Positions 1 to 12,148 of a DNA stretch of 64,000 bases are shown here, piece after piece. A program made the translations under genes and the position numbers. Where the stretch lies: the NCBI GenBank assembly GCA_002269645.1, contig NIVC01002258.1, positions 124,001 to 188,000 on the forward strand, read 5' to 3'. The notes under the pieces are model-generated. The model had not been told where the DNA came from and searched no databases. It saw only the letters and a list, made by a program, of their open reading frames with translations. Numbering within the stretch: the first letter of the stretch is position 1; every line of letters begins with the position of its first letter. Source of the DNA: Macrostomum lignano. Lineage: Eukaryota.

Positions 1-859
1 ACCTTAATTTAATAGGCCTTGATCTCTATCAAAACTATACAATTGCTTGATCATGTGACATTAATCCAGTTAGGTAAATTCAAATGACAAAATGTGTTGA
101 ATTATAACAGTTTGTGTAGTAGGGCCTAGGCCTACTCTAAAGACGAAAGAGATCTGTGAGCTGAAATATAATAGGCCTAACTATAGGGCCTAGTATAAGC
201 AATTGTAAATCCATAATACTAAAAATGAGTTGTTTGTATGTATGTAGCTGTATGTGTAAATTTATCTTCCCTATGCTATGGGCAAATTGTAAATTCTGCT
301 AATACACGCGGGATTTGAGCTCCATTTTACACGAGGAGACCACACGTCAACATGCTAACAAACACGTTAAGAATTAAGGCATGATATCTCATTAAAAAAA
401 TACAAAATCAAACGCCGACATTTAAAATTCTTTTTAAAGCAAATTTAAAAACTTTTCTATAAAGAGGCTGATTTCTTACTGCAACGTTTTGTTTTTATGT
501 TTTCAAATTGAAGAAAAAATTAACTTAAGTCTAACTTCTTGGAATTAACCAAGGACTTCTAGACTAACAGGACGTAAAACTCAAAGATCGTGCAATTTTT
601 TGGAGGCCACGATTTCCTGGAGAAAATACACTGCGAAGATAGGAAAAAATCAGTTTTTCGTCACAAAATCTGTGATTGTATTTGATCTGGGGCAGTGAAG
701 ACTACCATTCTTTTAATTTAACATGCACAATATGTTACTCTATTATATTTTCATATAGCTGTGTAGTGAAGTTTTCATTTTCATATTGTTTTCACTTTAT
801 TTCATAAGCCCAAAGTTGCAAACTCACAAGTGCTCTGATGGTCACCATGCTCTGTCCAA

Positions 860-2105
860 GTGACCATCAGTTCATCTACCCCATCTCTCTCATCTAATCA
901 AATCCAATCTGATTAGTATAGTACAAGTGTATATGGCAGAGTAGAATAATGGCAAAAATACAAGCGCGCGCTACCATTGTGCTACAATTCAAAGCAAGCC
1001 TTGCAGCCTGTGTAGTTGGTTGCTTATTGCACGTTGAAGATCACAAGAACATGAAGCACATTGTAGCTTGCAAAATGGGGAAAGAATGGAGAGAAAGAGG
1101 TGCTATAAAAGCAATCAGTTGGTGTCATATGCTGACTTCTCAGTCAGCCAATCATGTCTAGTGTTGTATGCAATGTCAGAGTTTGAAAAAGGCAGCAAAG
1201 GCTGGAGTGTGACTGATGTTGCAGATGGCAGCATCAAACTTGCAACAGTGGCATTACTTGGTAAGAGTACTACTAGCTAAACAAGCTAGATGACTTTGAC
1301 TGGCTGTGCAACTTGTGCTCATAGCACCACTAGCTTGACAAACACAAGCAGCACTAGCCTAAGCAGCACTAGCCTAAGCAGCACTAGCCTGATGAGCATG
1401 AGCAGCACCAGTCTGAGCAGCACCAGCCTGACAAGCACAAGCAGCACCAGCCTGAGTAGCACCAGCCTAACAAGCACAAGCAGCACCAGCCTAACGAGCA
1501 CAAGCAGCACCAGCCTGATGAGCACAAGCAGCACCAGCCTGACAAACATTGACACAAGCCATACCTGAGCCATTTCATCCGCTGTACTGCATGCATTCAT
1601 TTGTTACTAATCCTGAAGGTCACCTGAAGCAGGTACCAGTGCTTATGATGGTCTTGATGTCCAGCAGAGGCTACCAGGACTACCGCTTGGTCTTCTCTGC
1701 CGCACGTGATGTGCTCCATGGCCGGCCATCCGAATGCATGATGGACTTCGAGGCTGCAGTGTGGCAAGCAGTATGCACCAAATTTCTGACTGCAGTGCAT
1801 CGCAGTTGTGCCTTCCACTACACACAGGCAATTTACTGCTGGATCGTCACCATTTGGACTTTCACAAGCTTACTTGGATGATATTGATACACAGGTTTTC
1901 TGCCAACAGCTCATGGCATTGCCTTTTCTGCCAGGTAACCAAATCGCAAATGCATTTTACACACTCCAAAGCATAGTCACAGACAATGAGCTCAACAGGC
2001 TCTGCAACTATGTCCAGGGCACGTGGATCTGCAACTCTAACTGGCAAGTGCATGAACTCTCAGTCTTCCAGTTATCGATTAGAACAAACAAGGAATTGTA
2101 ATTCA
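860..2105 (+). mobile_element. Degenerate MULE (Mutator-like) transposase remnant
   Basis: Frameshifted fragments MMDFEAAVWQAV...CAFHYTQAIY (ORF 1549-1881) and QLMALPFLP...AFYTL...NYVQGTWI...SVFQLSIRTN (ORF 1808-2101) match the recalled animal MULE transposase motifs DFE.A, GC.FH..QA, L.ALPFLP and RTNN. Interrupted by stops, frameshifts and a tandem repeat. Confidence 0.8.
1322..1552. repeat. Tandem repeat (agcaccagcct/gacaagcacaagc units) inside the MULE remnant
   Basis: Repeated agcac(t/c)agcct units read directly. Confidence 0.9.
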
Positions 2106-4023
2106 AATGGACTAACATTTAAAGTCCTCTACAAGCTTTTTTTCTTGTTGTTTCTTAAAAACATTAATTTCTTATTGTAATTAATTCATTTTATTGTACT
2201 TTTGGTGTCCAAGCATCCATCAGTGTCCAGGTTTTATACTGTTGACACATTGATTAAGTTTTACATTAAAAATTGTTTTAACATAGGTTTAACAAAGCTT
2301 GTAAAACTTAATGTAAAGTTTTACACTATAATTCGTTTTAACAACATTTAAACAAAGGTTGTAAATTTGTGTAAGTTCTGAATTTTTTTGTTGCTATGAG
2401 ATAAGAATCCTGTTCCTATGCCAAAATTCTTAAACATTCAAAATCCTATTTAAGAATTTTTGCCGAAATGGTTATTGCTGAATTGACCTGTCACCAAAAT
2501 GGGTGTCACCAAAATGGTTTGTCGCCAAAATGGACCAGATTCTATTTAAGTAGCTTAAAATGGCTTAAAAAACTTAAAATGACTTAAAAATGATTTTAAG
2601 CACCATTTTAACGTCCTCAGTAAAACAAAACAAATGACAAAATTTTCTTCTTAAAATATATTTGTGTTTATAAACAGTGTTTTTAGAATTATAAGAAAAC
2701 TGTTTTAATATTTTAAGCAACTAGATAGTCAGTCTAAACTTATTTACTATTTGTAATAGTTTTTTTACTATTTGAGACTGTAAATTTTAACAAATTGTTA
2801 AGTGAGAAACATTAGTCAATATTGCTTCAGTAAATTGTTTATTACTAGTGTTATTCATTTAGTGTAAATAATCATTCTAACAATGCTAAATATCAGTCTA
2901 AATTACTTTGTTGACATGTGTAATCAAGTCTATGTAAACATTGAAATGCAGAAGTAAATGCAGAAGAACACTCTTGACTCTTCATGCCTTTAGACTACAA
3001 TACATGTACATGTATTAGTGCTAATTAATTAGTCAAGGTTAAAAAATTAACCTTCACCTTCTTCTAAGTCACTGTGCTCCTCAATCATATCAGAATAGAG
3101 CGCAAGTTTTTTGCAACCTGCATGGCTATGTGTGTATCACATCATATCGGCAGTGCCCACTGTTTCTGTCAGTCAAAGTGTTTCTGATTCAATTGGCTAT
3201 ACATGTACCTATAAACAGGGCTTGACATCAGTGTGCGGGCATGGCCTGCTTCACATCACATTGTTAATTATTAAAATGGGTGCATGTAAATTGTTAGCTT
3301 TTAGGACAAATCCACTGCACTTTTACTTTCCTTAGCAGAACATTTTGCTCAAGGCTAGAAAAAAGAATAAAATAGAATAATGGTAAATTATATTAATTTG
3401 TTGCAAATGAACTTTAAATTAGACTGAATTTAGCATGGCTAATCATACAAGCGAATGAATTTATTTATAAAATTTCTGACATTAAAGTAGTTTTGGCATA
3501 AAAATAAGACTGAAAAATTTAAACTATCAACCTTAGTTTGTGCAAATTTAAAGTTCATTAGAGACCAGTATTTATTAGCAATGAGAATTTTTAGCTTAAA
3601 TAACAGTGCATTTATTAAGTGTATCAATGTGGTAATATTAATTTAATTTTTATGAAATAGTCTGGGTGTGACTGTTTCTGCAATTGATAGAGACATTTTA
3701 TAAATTGCATTTGTGAAATAGCACTATATCATAAGATTTAGCAAAAATGCTTAAATTGAATCAAACCTTAATATCTAGTCTATTATCACTTAGGTTTTGG
3801 TCCATTATGGTCCATTGCAGTCCTGTTGTAGTCCATTGTGGTCTATTGTGTCTATTGCAGTGTTTACATGGACTGCAATTCCTGTTCCTATGCCAAAATA
3901 AAATACCAAATGATAATGTTCTCTAATTGATAATATGGTATAAGATTCTAATCCTTCAAAATCTTATGTTGCTTTTTATATCTATGTTTTGACAATGGCT
4001 AGGCCACTAGGCCCTATTTCTCT

Positions 4024-4562
4024 GGTTCCTGGACACTTTGTCATCTTACTACTTTGTAATTTACTCATATTTCTAGACACTTCATTATCTTACCACTTTG
4101 TTATCTATAATAACTGTGGATACTTTGTCATTTACTCCCTGGACACTTTGTAATCCACTTTGTCTAAAAAAATTAGCTATCTAAATGTAACTTCGTTAGC
4201 TAAGTTGTATCAGTAGTCATAAATATATGCGGCCACACTGTGTCTAAATAGGGGCCTATTTATATATGCAACTATAAATATTAAGATTAAAGACATTATA
4301 TATAACATGTATATGTATCTACATATAGTCGCCTTCCTCCTTTTACATTCTGGGCTTGGGACCAGACAATGGCAGAGTTACAACCCACAAAGATAGTTGT
4401 CAAATAGTTGTATAATTGTTTAGTCTTATTTGCTTTTCATATGTGATTTCATGATTTCATCTAGATTTTTAACATTTTTTTGGTATGACAAAGCATCCAA
4501 AAACCATGGTCACTTTGTCATCTAGATGATGAACTGGTAAGATGACAAAGTGTCCAGGAACC
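4024..4562. mobile_element. Non-autonomous DNA transposon (MITE) with GG-starting TIRs, possibly Merlin-like
   Basis: ggttcctggacactttgtcatcttac (4024-4049) is the exact reverse complement of 4537-4562. Flanks atttctct / atttttct form an 8-bp near-TSD with 1 mismatch. Superfamily assignment is tentative. Confidence 0.7.
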
Positions 4563-5486
4563 ATTTTTCTAGGCTAGTCCAATATGTGCAAATGGTTAAT
4601 AATTATTTGGTCTGCTACTAGTTGTCTAGGCCTACCATTTTTAATTTACAAAAATATGATAAAATTATTTTTTGCCAAAAATTAAAAAATATATATATGA
4701 TATCAGTTTAATGACTATGAGTTTATAATGAAATAGTGATAATATAACAAACTTATTTCTTCATATTACAAGAGTTATTCATTGGAGATAATGATCAAGG
4801 ATAAAGATAATGATCATTTTTTTATACAACTTTATGATTGCATTGAAATTGCTCAAAATAAAATTCACATTAAAATCAATATTCAATGCTTCAGTTGACT
4901 ATTGAATATCTTCTTTAGGTCATTCCATTGCTAAATTATGGCTTATTAAGTGATAGGTCCAAGAAAATAAATTGCAATTTTAACCTAACTATTAGAAAAA
5001 CTTTGTTTATAGTCATAAAGATTTATTCTTAAGGTCAGTTACAAGCTAGGATGCATTTTGAAGCTAAAAAATAGGGCCAAAAAGAGAAAGGTAGGGCCAT
5101 TGTGCATCTAGCTCATATGCATAATGTCTCTATATTAGTGAATTGGATCACTTTTTAAGGTAAGTTTTAATTTGAGCAATTTCAATGTGATAATAAAAAT
5201 TTATATACAAACAATCACTATCCCAACAAACATCCCTTGGCCTTATAGTGACAATTGACAATAAATTTTGAAGTATGACCATATCTAAAATAATAATTCA
5301 CACATGTTGTCCTGATCACAACTTACTGGACATCCCTCATATCTACATAGATTATATGTTTAAAACTATACATAATACCTATGACCCTTTGTTAAATGAT
5401 GAGTCTTTCTAATCCAATGCATGTGGTCCATTGGCATAGCAACAAAGCCTTGAATCAAGTGGACTTTTTGCAGTTGCCAGACTTAG

Positions 5487-8105
5487 ATGCAGCCAAACCC
5501 GGTCCGCTTAAGGCCCGGAGACCGATGCACCTGCTGCCCGAACGGCTACCACGTGAACAGAAGTTATCTGGACGCTCTTGGCGCGACCAGCAACTACTCG
5601 ATGGAGAGCTCCAGATCGGCTTATCAACGATCTACAACAACAATGCAGAATGGATCTGTGCTGTCTTCCTATGAGCAGCAACAGCAGAGAAGCAGCGCTT
5701 ATTACAGCGACGCCGGCAGCAGCAGGCGGCCTCCCGGCAGTGCCAGCGGCGCCAGCTACAACGGCGAGCCAGGTATTAATCCGGACGATGAGGGCGACTT
5801 TTTTGCCACCTACGGCACTAAGCTGGACAGGCGAACGGTGCGTCGGGATTTGGAGGCCGACGAGAATCGGCAACGTGATGAGGAGGAGGCCAAACGACGT
5901 CAGCAGGAGGCCCAGCGGGAGCAGGAGCGAGAGCGGCGGCGGCAGGAGCGGCGCCGGCGAAAGCAGCAACAGCAGCAGCAGCAGCTGGAGGAGAAGCAGC
6001 CGTCGCCCAGGCGACTGTCGCCTATGCCAGAGAGCTCACCGCCTAAGGTGTCTAGAAGGGCACCGCCTCCGCCTCCTCCACCGCCGCCGCCGCCCCAGCC
6101 GCCTAGGCCGAATCGGCGGCTAAACGAGCTTGAGAAGCTGCTGCCGCATCTGGAGGAGCAGTTCAAAAGCCTGCGGGACGCGGAGCCGCCAGCAGAAGCC
6201 ACTCCACCGCAGAAGCCTCGCCGAGAAACAAAAACTTCGACAGCGCAGACGGATCCGGACAGCCCGCCGCCGACACCGCTACCGACTGTCAGCAAATCCA
6301 CCGAGACTGAGCGACCGCCTGTGGCGGGCTATCGAACCCAGTCTACTGGCACCGACGATTTTAGTCGGTCGGCCTCGGTCAAGGCCGCCGCCGCTGCCGA
6401 CGAGTCCGACGGCGAACCGGTGCAAAAGAAGCCGGCAGTAGCGGCTAAACAGCCGCCGCCAGCTGTGCCGCCGAAACCGGCTGTGAAGAAGCGTCCGCTA
6501 CCTCTGTTGAGCGCGTGCGTTGGAACTGACCCGCTACCGCCGCCGCCGCCGCCGCCGCCGCCGCCTCCACCACCGCAGTCAGATGCCAGCGTCATCACCG
6601 ATCCGCTTCCGCCACCTCCTCCCCTGACCGACTCCAGCGTTGTCACCAACCCGTTGTTGCCTCCGCCGCCTCAGTCCAACGCCAGCGTGTCCACCGATGC
6701 GCCGCCTCAGCTTGTGCACTTCGGCCAGCAGATCTCCGCTTCAGACGATCCGGCCGAGGTGCTTGAAGATTCCATTCCGGCGCCGCCCGCGCCGCTTGCC
6801 GAATTGGCGCCGCCGCCTGCCCGTGTGCCACCGTCCGAGGCCGGCCTGCCGCCCATTCTTGACGATCCGCGAGTTCAGGACGATGACGACAATAACAATG
6901 GTTGCGAGTGCATCGAGGAGACGATCATACCGGAGCGGGCTAACGTCGTGGAGACGGGCACCAGCACCACCTTCAGCTGGATGTTTCCCTCGCAGGCGAC
7001 GAGTACAGACGACTTGCCGCAGCCTCCGCTGCCCGAACCGCCGGCGCATTCAAAGCCGGAGAGCAGCGACTTTGAGCAGCAGTTCAGTCCGCCGCCGCCG
7101 CCGCCCTCCAGTTCAACAGACACGGCCGTTTCCACTGTCCGCGTGCTCACCAACTGCAGCGACACCCAGACGGACCCGCTGCCCTCGCCGCCAACTCCCC
7201 CGTCTCCGCCACCGACGCCGTCTCCATCGCCAGCTCCGGTCGTGTCTGTCGGTGTCGGCGATTGCGACGTTTGCGACGTTGAAATGGTGACAAAATCGTG
7301 CGGCACGGACGGAGGCCCCGCCGCCCCGATGGTGACGTCGAATGTCGAATGTCGGATGCTGAAGTTAGTCGACGTTGGGTCGGAATTCTCCTTGCACACG
7401 CATGCAACCTCGGCTCGCGACTCCGGTTCGTTCCATCGGCAGGAGGCGGAGGCGACCTCTGCAACTACGATGTCGGCCAGCTATCGTCAGAAGCATGAAG
7501 AGAAGCAACAGATTCTGCAACAGAGGCAGCAATTAGAGCAAGCTTATCAGCAGAAACTGGAGCTAAGCGAACGCGAGCATGTTAGCACAGTGAATCATCT
7601 CAGGTCAGTGATAACAGAACTGGAGAGACAGGTGAGCACGTATCAGTCAACTGTAGTTGAGCTGAAGCAGCAGCAGTCGGCGGCAGCATCAAAGTCAATC
7701 CGCAGGCGCAATGTTGGCCTAATTGTGAAACCGTCCTGTCGCGATGTCGGCATCAATTTTGTCGCCGAGGAGGCCAAACCGTCTCAACGTTCCGTCGGTA
7801 TCGGCGTCGAACTCCAGCCGCCGGCGGCCAGCAGCAGCAGTAGCAGCAGGATTGAAGAATCGACCAGATCATCCACAACTAAAAGCGAAAGTTCTCTGCT
7901 CAACTCGGTTCAGCAGTCGTCCACAGAAGTGGTGGCTTCCGCGCCTACGCCGCCGCCAGTCACGTCCACAACCATAATTAGCCAGAGGCACGCCGCTCAG
8001 ACCATCATCCAACAGTTGCACCAGACCTACGGTATTAGCACTGTTGAGCTTGTCAATCTTATTAGTCAGCTACTACGACGCGACGTTAGAAGCTGCGGAC
8101 TACAG
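5487..8105 (+). CDS. KANK: KANK-family protein, coding exon 1 (KN-like motif, Pro-rich region, coiled coil)
   Basis: CTCCPNGYHV..YL resembles the invertebrate KN motif (C.CCPYGYHIDLDF). Coiled coil at QQRQQLEQAYQQKLELSERE...LERQV. Donor cag|gttagg at 8105/8106, phase 0. An upstream non-coding exon is possible (AG immediately before the ATG). Confidence 0.85.
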
Positions 8106-8189
8106 GTTAGGGTGCAATGTTGGTTATTGTTGCAGACCGAGCTTATGTTGAGAGCCGCTTTACTAAACTCTTTGTCTTGTCTGTCAGGT

Positions 8190-9015
8190 ACGCTCTCTGT
8201 CAGCTGTAGGTCAGTCTGTAGTTGTCTGTCAATCTGTAACTGTCTGTCAGATAGGCCAACAGTCAGTCTGTAATTGTCTGTCAGATAGGCCAACAGTCAG
8301 TCTGTAATTGTCTGTCAGATAGGCCAACAGTCAGTCTGTAACTGTCTGTCAGATAGGCCAACAGTCAGTCTGTAATTGTCTGTCAGATAGGCCAACAGTC
8401 AGTCTGTAATTGTCTGTCAGATAGGCCAACAGTCAGTCTGTAATTGTCTGTCAGATAGGCCAACAGTCAGTCTGTAATTGTCTGTCAGATAGGCCAACAG
8501 TCAGTCTGTAATTGTCTGTCAGATAGACCAACAGTCAGTCTGTAATTGTCTGTCAGATAGGCCAACAGTCAGTCTGTAATTGTCTGTCAGATAGGCCAAC
8601 AGTCAGTCTGTAATTGTCTGTCAGATAGGCCAACAGTCAGTCTGTAATTGTCTGTCAGATAGGCTAACAGTCAGTCTGTAGATGTCTGTCAATCTGTAAT
8701 TGCCTGTCAGGTAAGACAGCAGTCAGTCTGTAAATGTTTGTCAGAATGCAATTGTCCGTCAGATAGGCTAACAGTCAGTCTGTAGATGTCTGTCAATCTG
8801 TAATTGCCTGTCAGGTAAGACAGCAGTCAGTCTGTAAATGTTTGTCAGACTGTAATTGTCCGTCAGATAGGCTAACAGCCAGTCTGTAAATTTCTGTCTG
8901 GCTGTAATCGTCTCAGATAGGCCGAAATTCAGTCTCTAAATGTCTTTCCGGCTGTAATTGTCTGTCAGATAGGCCAACAGTCAGTCTGTAATTCTGTCAG
9001 GCGGACTGTCTGTCA
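8190..9015. repeat. 34-bp minisatellite (tctgtaattgtctgtcagataggccaacagtcag) filling KANK intron 1
   Basis: Tandem units read directly, degenerating at the edges. Confidence 0.95.
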
Positions 9016-9084
9016 GATAGGGCATTTTTCAGTCTGCAATCTTCTATAAAAATTCCGAGTAAAATTCCTTCGATTTGCCCCCAG

Positions 9085-9719
9085 GTGTCTCCGGAGACGC
9101 AGTCGCTGGGCACGGCAGCCCCAGACGGGTCTGTGTACACCGAGTCGAAGGGCACAGGCGACGAGAACGAGATGCGCACGGATGTCCGTCAGGTCCGCGA
9201 GCACCTGCTCCGAGGCGCCTCTGTGCAGGCGAAATCGCCAATGTCAAATAAATTCGCCTTCACAGAACGAGTTTATAACTACGAGGCGGCTACGAATACT
9301 CTGCACCCGACTTATCGGGACGCGCACACTTCGACTGGTCCTGAGCTCAGCTCGGCGACAGTTCAGAATGCGTCACCCACTCGGATCGGCAATCAGCAGG
9401 TTCGAGTTGAGAGCAGCAGTCACTCTACAACTGTTAATCGGGCTCAGACTCAGAGCGCCTCCGTGTTCGACTGGTCAGTGGCCGGGCCGCGGCCGTACGC
9501 CCGGACGCAGATTCCCATGCGAGGCTCAGCAGTGCCAGACGATTTGCCAATTCGTCGGTACAGCGGCGATCACGGCGACGACGACAATTCGACGCCGACA
9601 ACGCCGGAGACGCCGCCGCGATCGATTTTGTCGGCCGCCGGCGTCAGGTCGGCGCTGGTTGGCGGCAACTCCAAGTCGGCCAAGACCGTTACCTTCGATG
9701 CTATCGAGGTGGTGAGACG
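9085..9719 (+). CDS. KANK: KANK coding exon 2
   Basis: Acceptor ccccag|gtg, phase 0. Ends in PRSIL...KTVTFD, similar to the KANK 'KSI.K...K.LQF' motif. Donor cg|gtgagt at 9719/9720 (phase 2) joins 18494 in frame. Confidence 0.85.
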
Positions 9720-9767
9720 GTGAGTTTTGCTGGGTTGAAAAAATGACCGGCCGTTGATGTATGTACT

Positions 9768-10470
9768 ACTGTAGCTATGACCTAGGCTAAGGCCGATCAT
9801 ATTATAGCTATGACCTAGACTATGACCGATCATTTACTAGTTATGACCGATCATATACTAGCTATGACCGATCACATTCTAGCTATGACAGATAATATAC
9901 TAGCTATGAACGATCACATACTAGCTATGAACGATCACATACTAGCTATGACCGATCACATGCTAGCTATGACCGATCATTTACTAGCTATGACCCAGAC
10001 TTTGACCGATCACTTACTAGCTATTACCTAAACTATGACCGATTTTTGACTGGCCATGACCAAGACTTTGACCGATCACTTACTAGCTATGACCTAGACT
10101 ATGACCGATCATTTACTAGCTATGACCTAGAATATGACCGATCATTTACTTGCTATGACCTAGACTATGACCGATCATTTACTTGCTATGACCTAGACTG
10201 TGACCAAGACTATGACCGATCATTTACTAGTTATGACCGATCATATACTATACTAGCTATGAGTCTATGACCGATCATATACTAGATATGACCGATCGCA
10301 TGCTAGCTATGACCGATCATTTACTAGCTATGACCTAGACTATGACCGATCACTTACAAGCTATGACCTAGACTACGACCGATCACTTACTAGCTATGAC
10401 CTATTATATACTAGATATGACCTTGGCTATGACCAATTATACTGGCTATTACCCCTACCATATACTAGCT
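9768..10470. repeat. About 21/30-bp minisatellite (ctagctatgaccgatcatata) in KANK intron 2
   Basis: Tandem units read directly. Confidence 0.95.
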
Positions 10471-11083
10471 ATAAACGGCAATGCAATGAGTAGCTAAATA
10501 AATATTGAGCTTAGCGATTCCTACTAGCCAATGACCAACTGGTACCAAAACTTACTAAATATTCTACTATAAAATCTCATGATTTGGTGGAATCCACGTA
10601 TCCGAAATACTCAGCCTTTGCTTGTTCTCATCGTTGCTTTATGCCAGTGGCCAAGATTTTTTATTGACCAAATTTATGACGCATGGCGCATAATCACATA
10701 GTTTCTCACGGAAATTTGTACAGGAGTTTTGCTATGAATAACAGTTTTTGTATTGTTAGTTTGTTTGTATAGTTTGTATGTGAGTTGACTCTGCTATTGT
10801 TATTGCTATCAATGCTATTTTGTATTCTTGTGCTGGTTTGGCACATTTTGCAACACTAGAATATAAGAGAATTGCTTGCTCAAAGCGCAGACCACAGAAT
10901 GGAAAAGAACTAACATTATGACTAAGTTTTGGCCCCACCCAGCTGCTGGCCGCAAGCTGCCCTGCTCACAGGTTTTGTGTCTCTGAATTACTGGTCAGCT
11001 CTGCTCTTTATAGCTTGCTTCTGTACAGATGCCGACCTTAGCTGTTCCCTTTTTGAGCCTTTTCTGTTCAAACTTCTCCCTTG

Positions 11084-12052
11084 CTGCTAGACTCTCACTG
11101 TCTCCCTTGCTAGACTCTCACTGTCTCTCTTGCTAGACTCTCACTGTTTCTCTTGCTAGACTCTCACTGTCTCTCTTGCTAGACTCTCACTGTGTCCCTT
11201 GCTAGACTCTCACTGTCTCTCTTGCTAGACTCTCACTGTGTCCCTTGCTAGACTCTCACTGTGTCCCTTGCTAGACTCTCACTGTGTCCCTTGCTAGACT
11301 CTCACTGTGTCCCTTGCTAGACTCTCACTGTCTCCCTTGCTGCTAGACTCTCACTGTCTCTCTTGCTGCTAGACTCTCACTGTCTCCCTTGCTGCTAGAC
11401 TCTCACTGTCTCCCTGGCTGCTAGACTCTCACTGTCTCTCTTGCTGCTAGACTCTCACTGTCTCCCTTGCTAGACTCTCACTGTCTCTCTTGCTAGACTC
11501 TCACCGTCTCCCTTGCTGCTAGACTCTCACTGTCTCTCTTGCTAGACTCTCACTGTCTCCCTCCCTTGCTGCTAGACTCTCACTGTCTCCCTGGCTGCTA
11601 GACTCTCACTGTCTCTCTTGCTGCTAGACTCTCACTGTCTCCCTTGCTAGACTCTCACTGTCTCTCTTGCTAGACTCTCACCGTCTCCCTTGCTGCTAGA
11701 CTCTCACTGTCTCCCTGGCTGCTAGACTCTCACTGTCTCTCTTGCTGCTAGACTCTCACTGTCCCCCTTGCTGCTAGACTCTCACTGTCTCCCTTGCTGC
11801 TAGACTCTCACTGTCTCTCTTGCTGCTAGACTCTCACTGTCTCTCTTGCTGCTAGACTCTGACTGTCTCCCTTGCTGCTAGACTCTCACTGTCTCCCTTG
11901 CTGTTAGACTCTCACTGTCTCCCTTGCTGCTAGACTCTCACTGTCTCCCTGGCTGCTAGACTCTCACTGTCTCCCTGGCTGCTAGACTCTCACTGTCTCC
12001 CTTGCTGCTAGACTCTCACTGTCTCTCTTGCTGCTAGACTCTCACTGTCTCT
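11084..12052. repeat. 23-26-bp minisatellite (ttgct[gct]agactctcactgtctc(t/c)c), left part
   Basis: Tandem units. The same array resumes at 17556 after the retrotransposon. Confidence 0.95.
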
Positions 12053-12148
12053 TGACTTACTTGACTTAGCTGCAGGGCTGTCCCGAAGGGGACACAGCGG
12101 GAAGGCGCGGGCGCCCATTCCGCTAGTCCCTGAACGGCCGACGCGTCG

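Noticed and set aside
1290-1600. Mucin-like Ser/Thr ORF and its Leu/Val antisense ORF
   Set aside because: Translations of a tandem repeat inside a dead transposon.
9721-9723. Stop of ORF 9085-9723 as the true gene end
   Set aside because: The TGA is part of a perfect gtgagt donor whose phase matches the next KANK exon. It is possible only as an intron-retention isoform.
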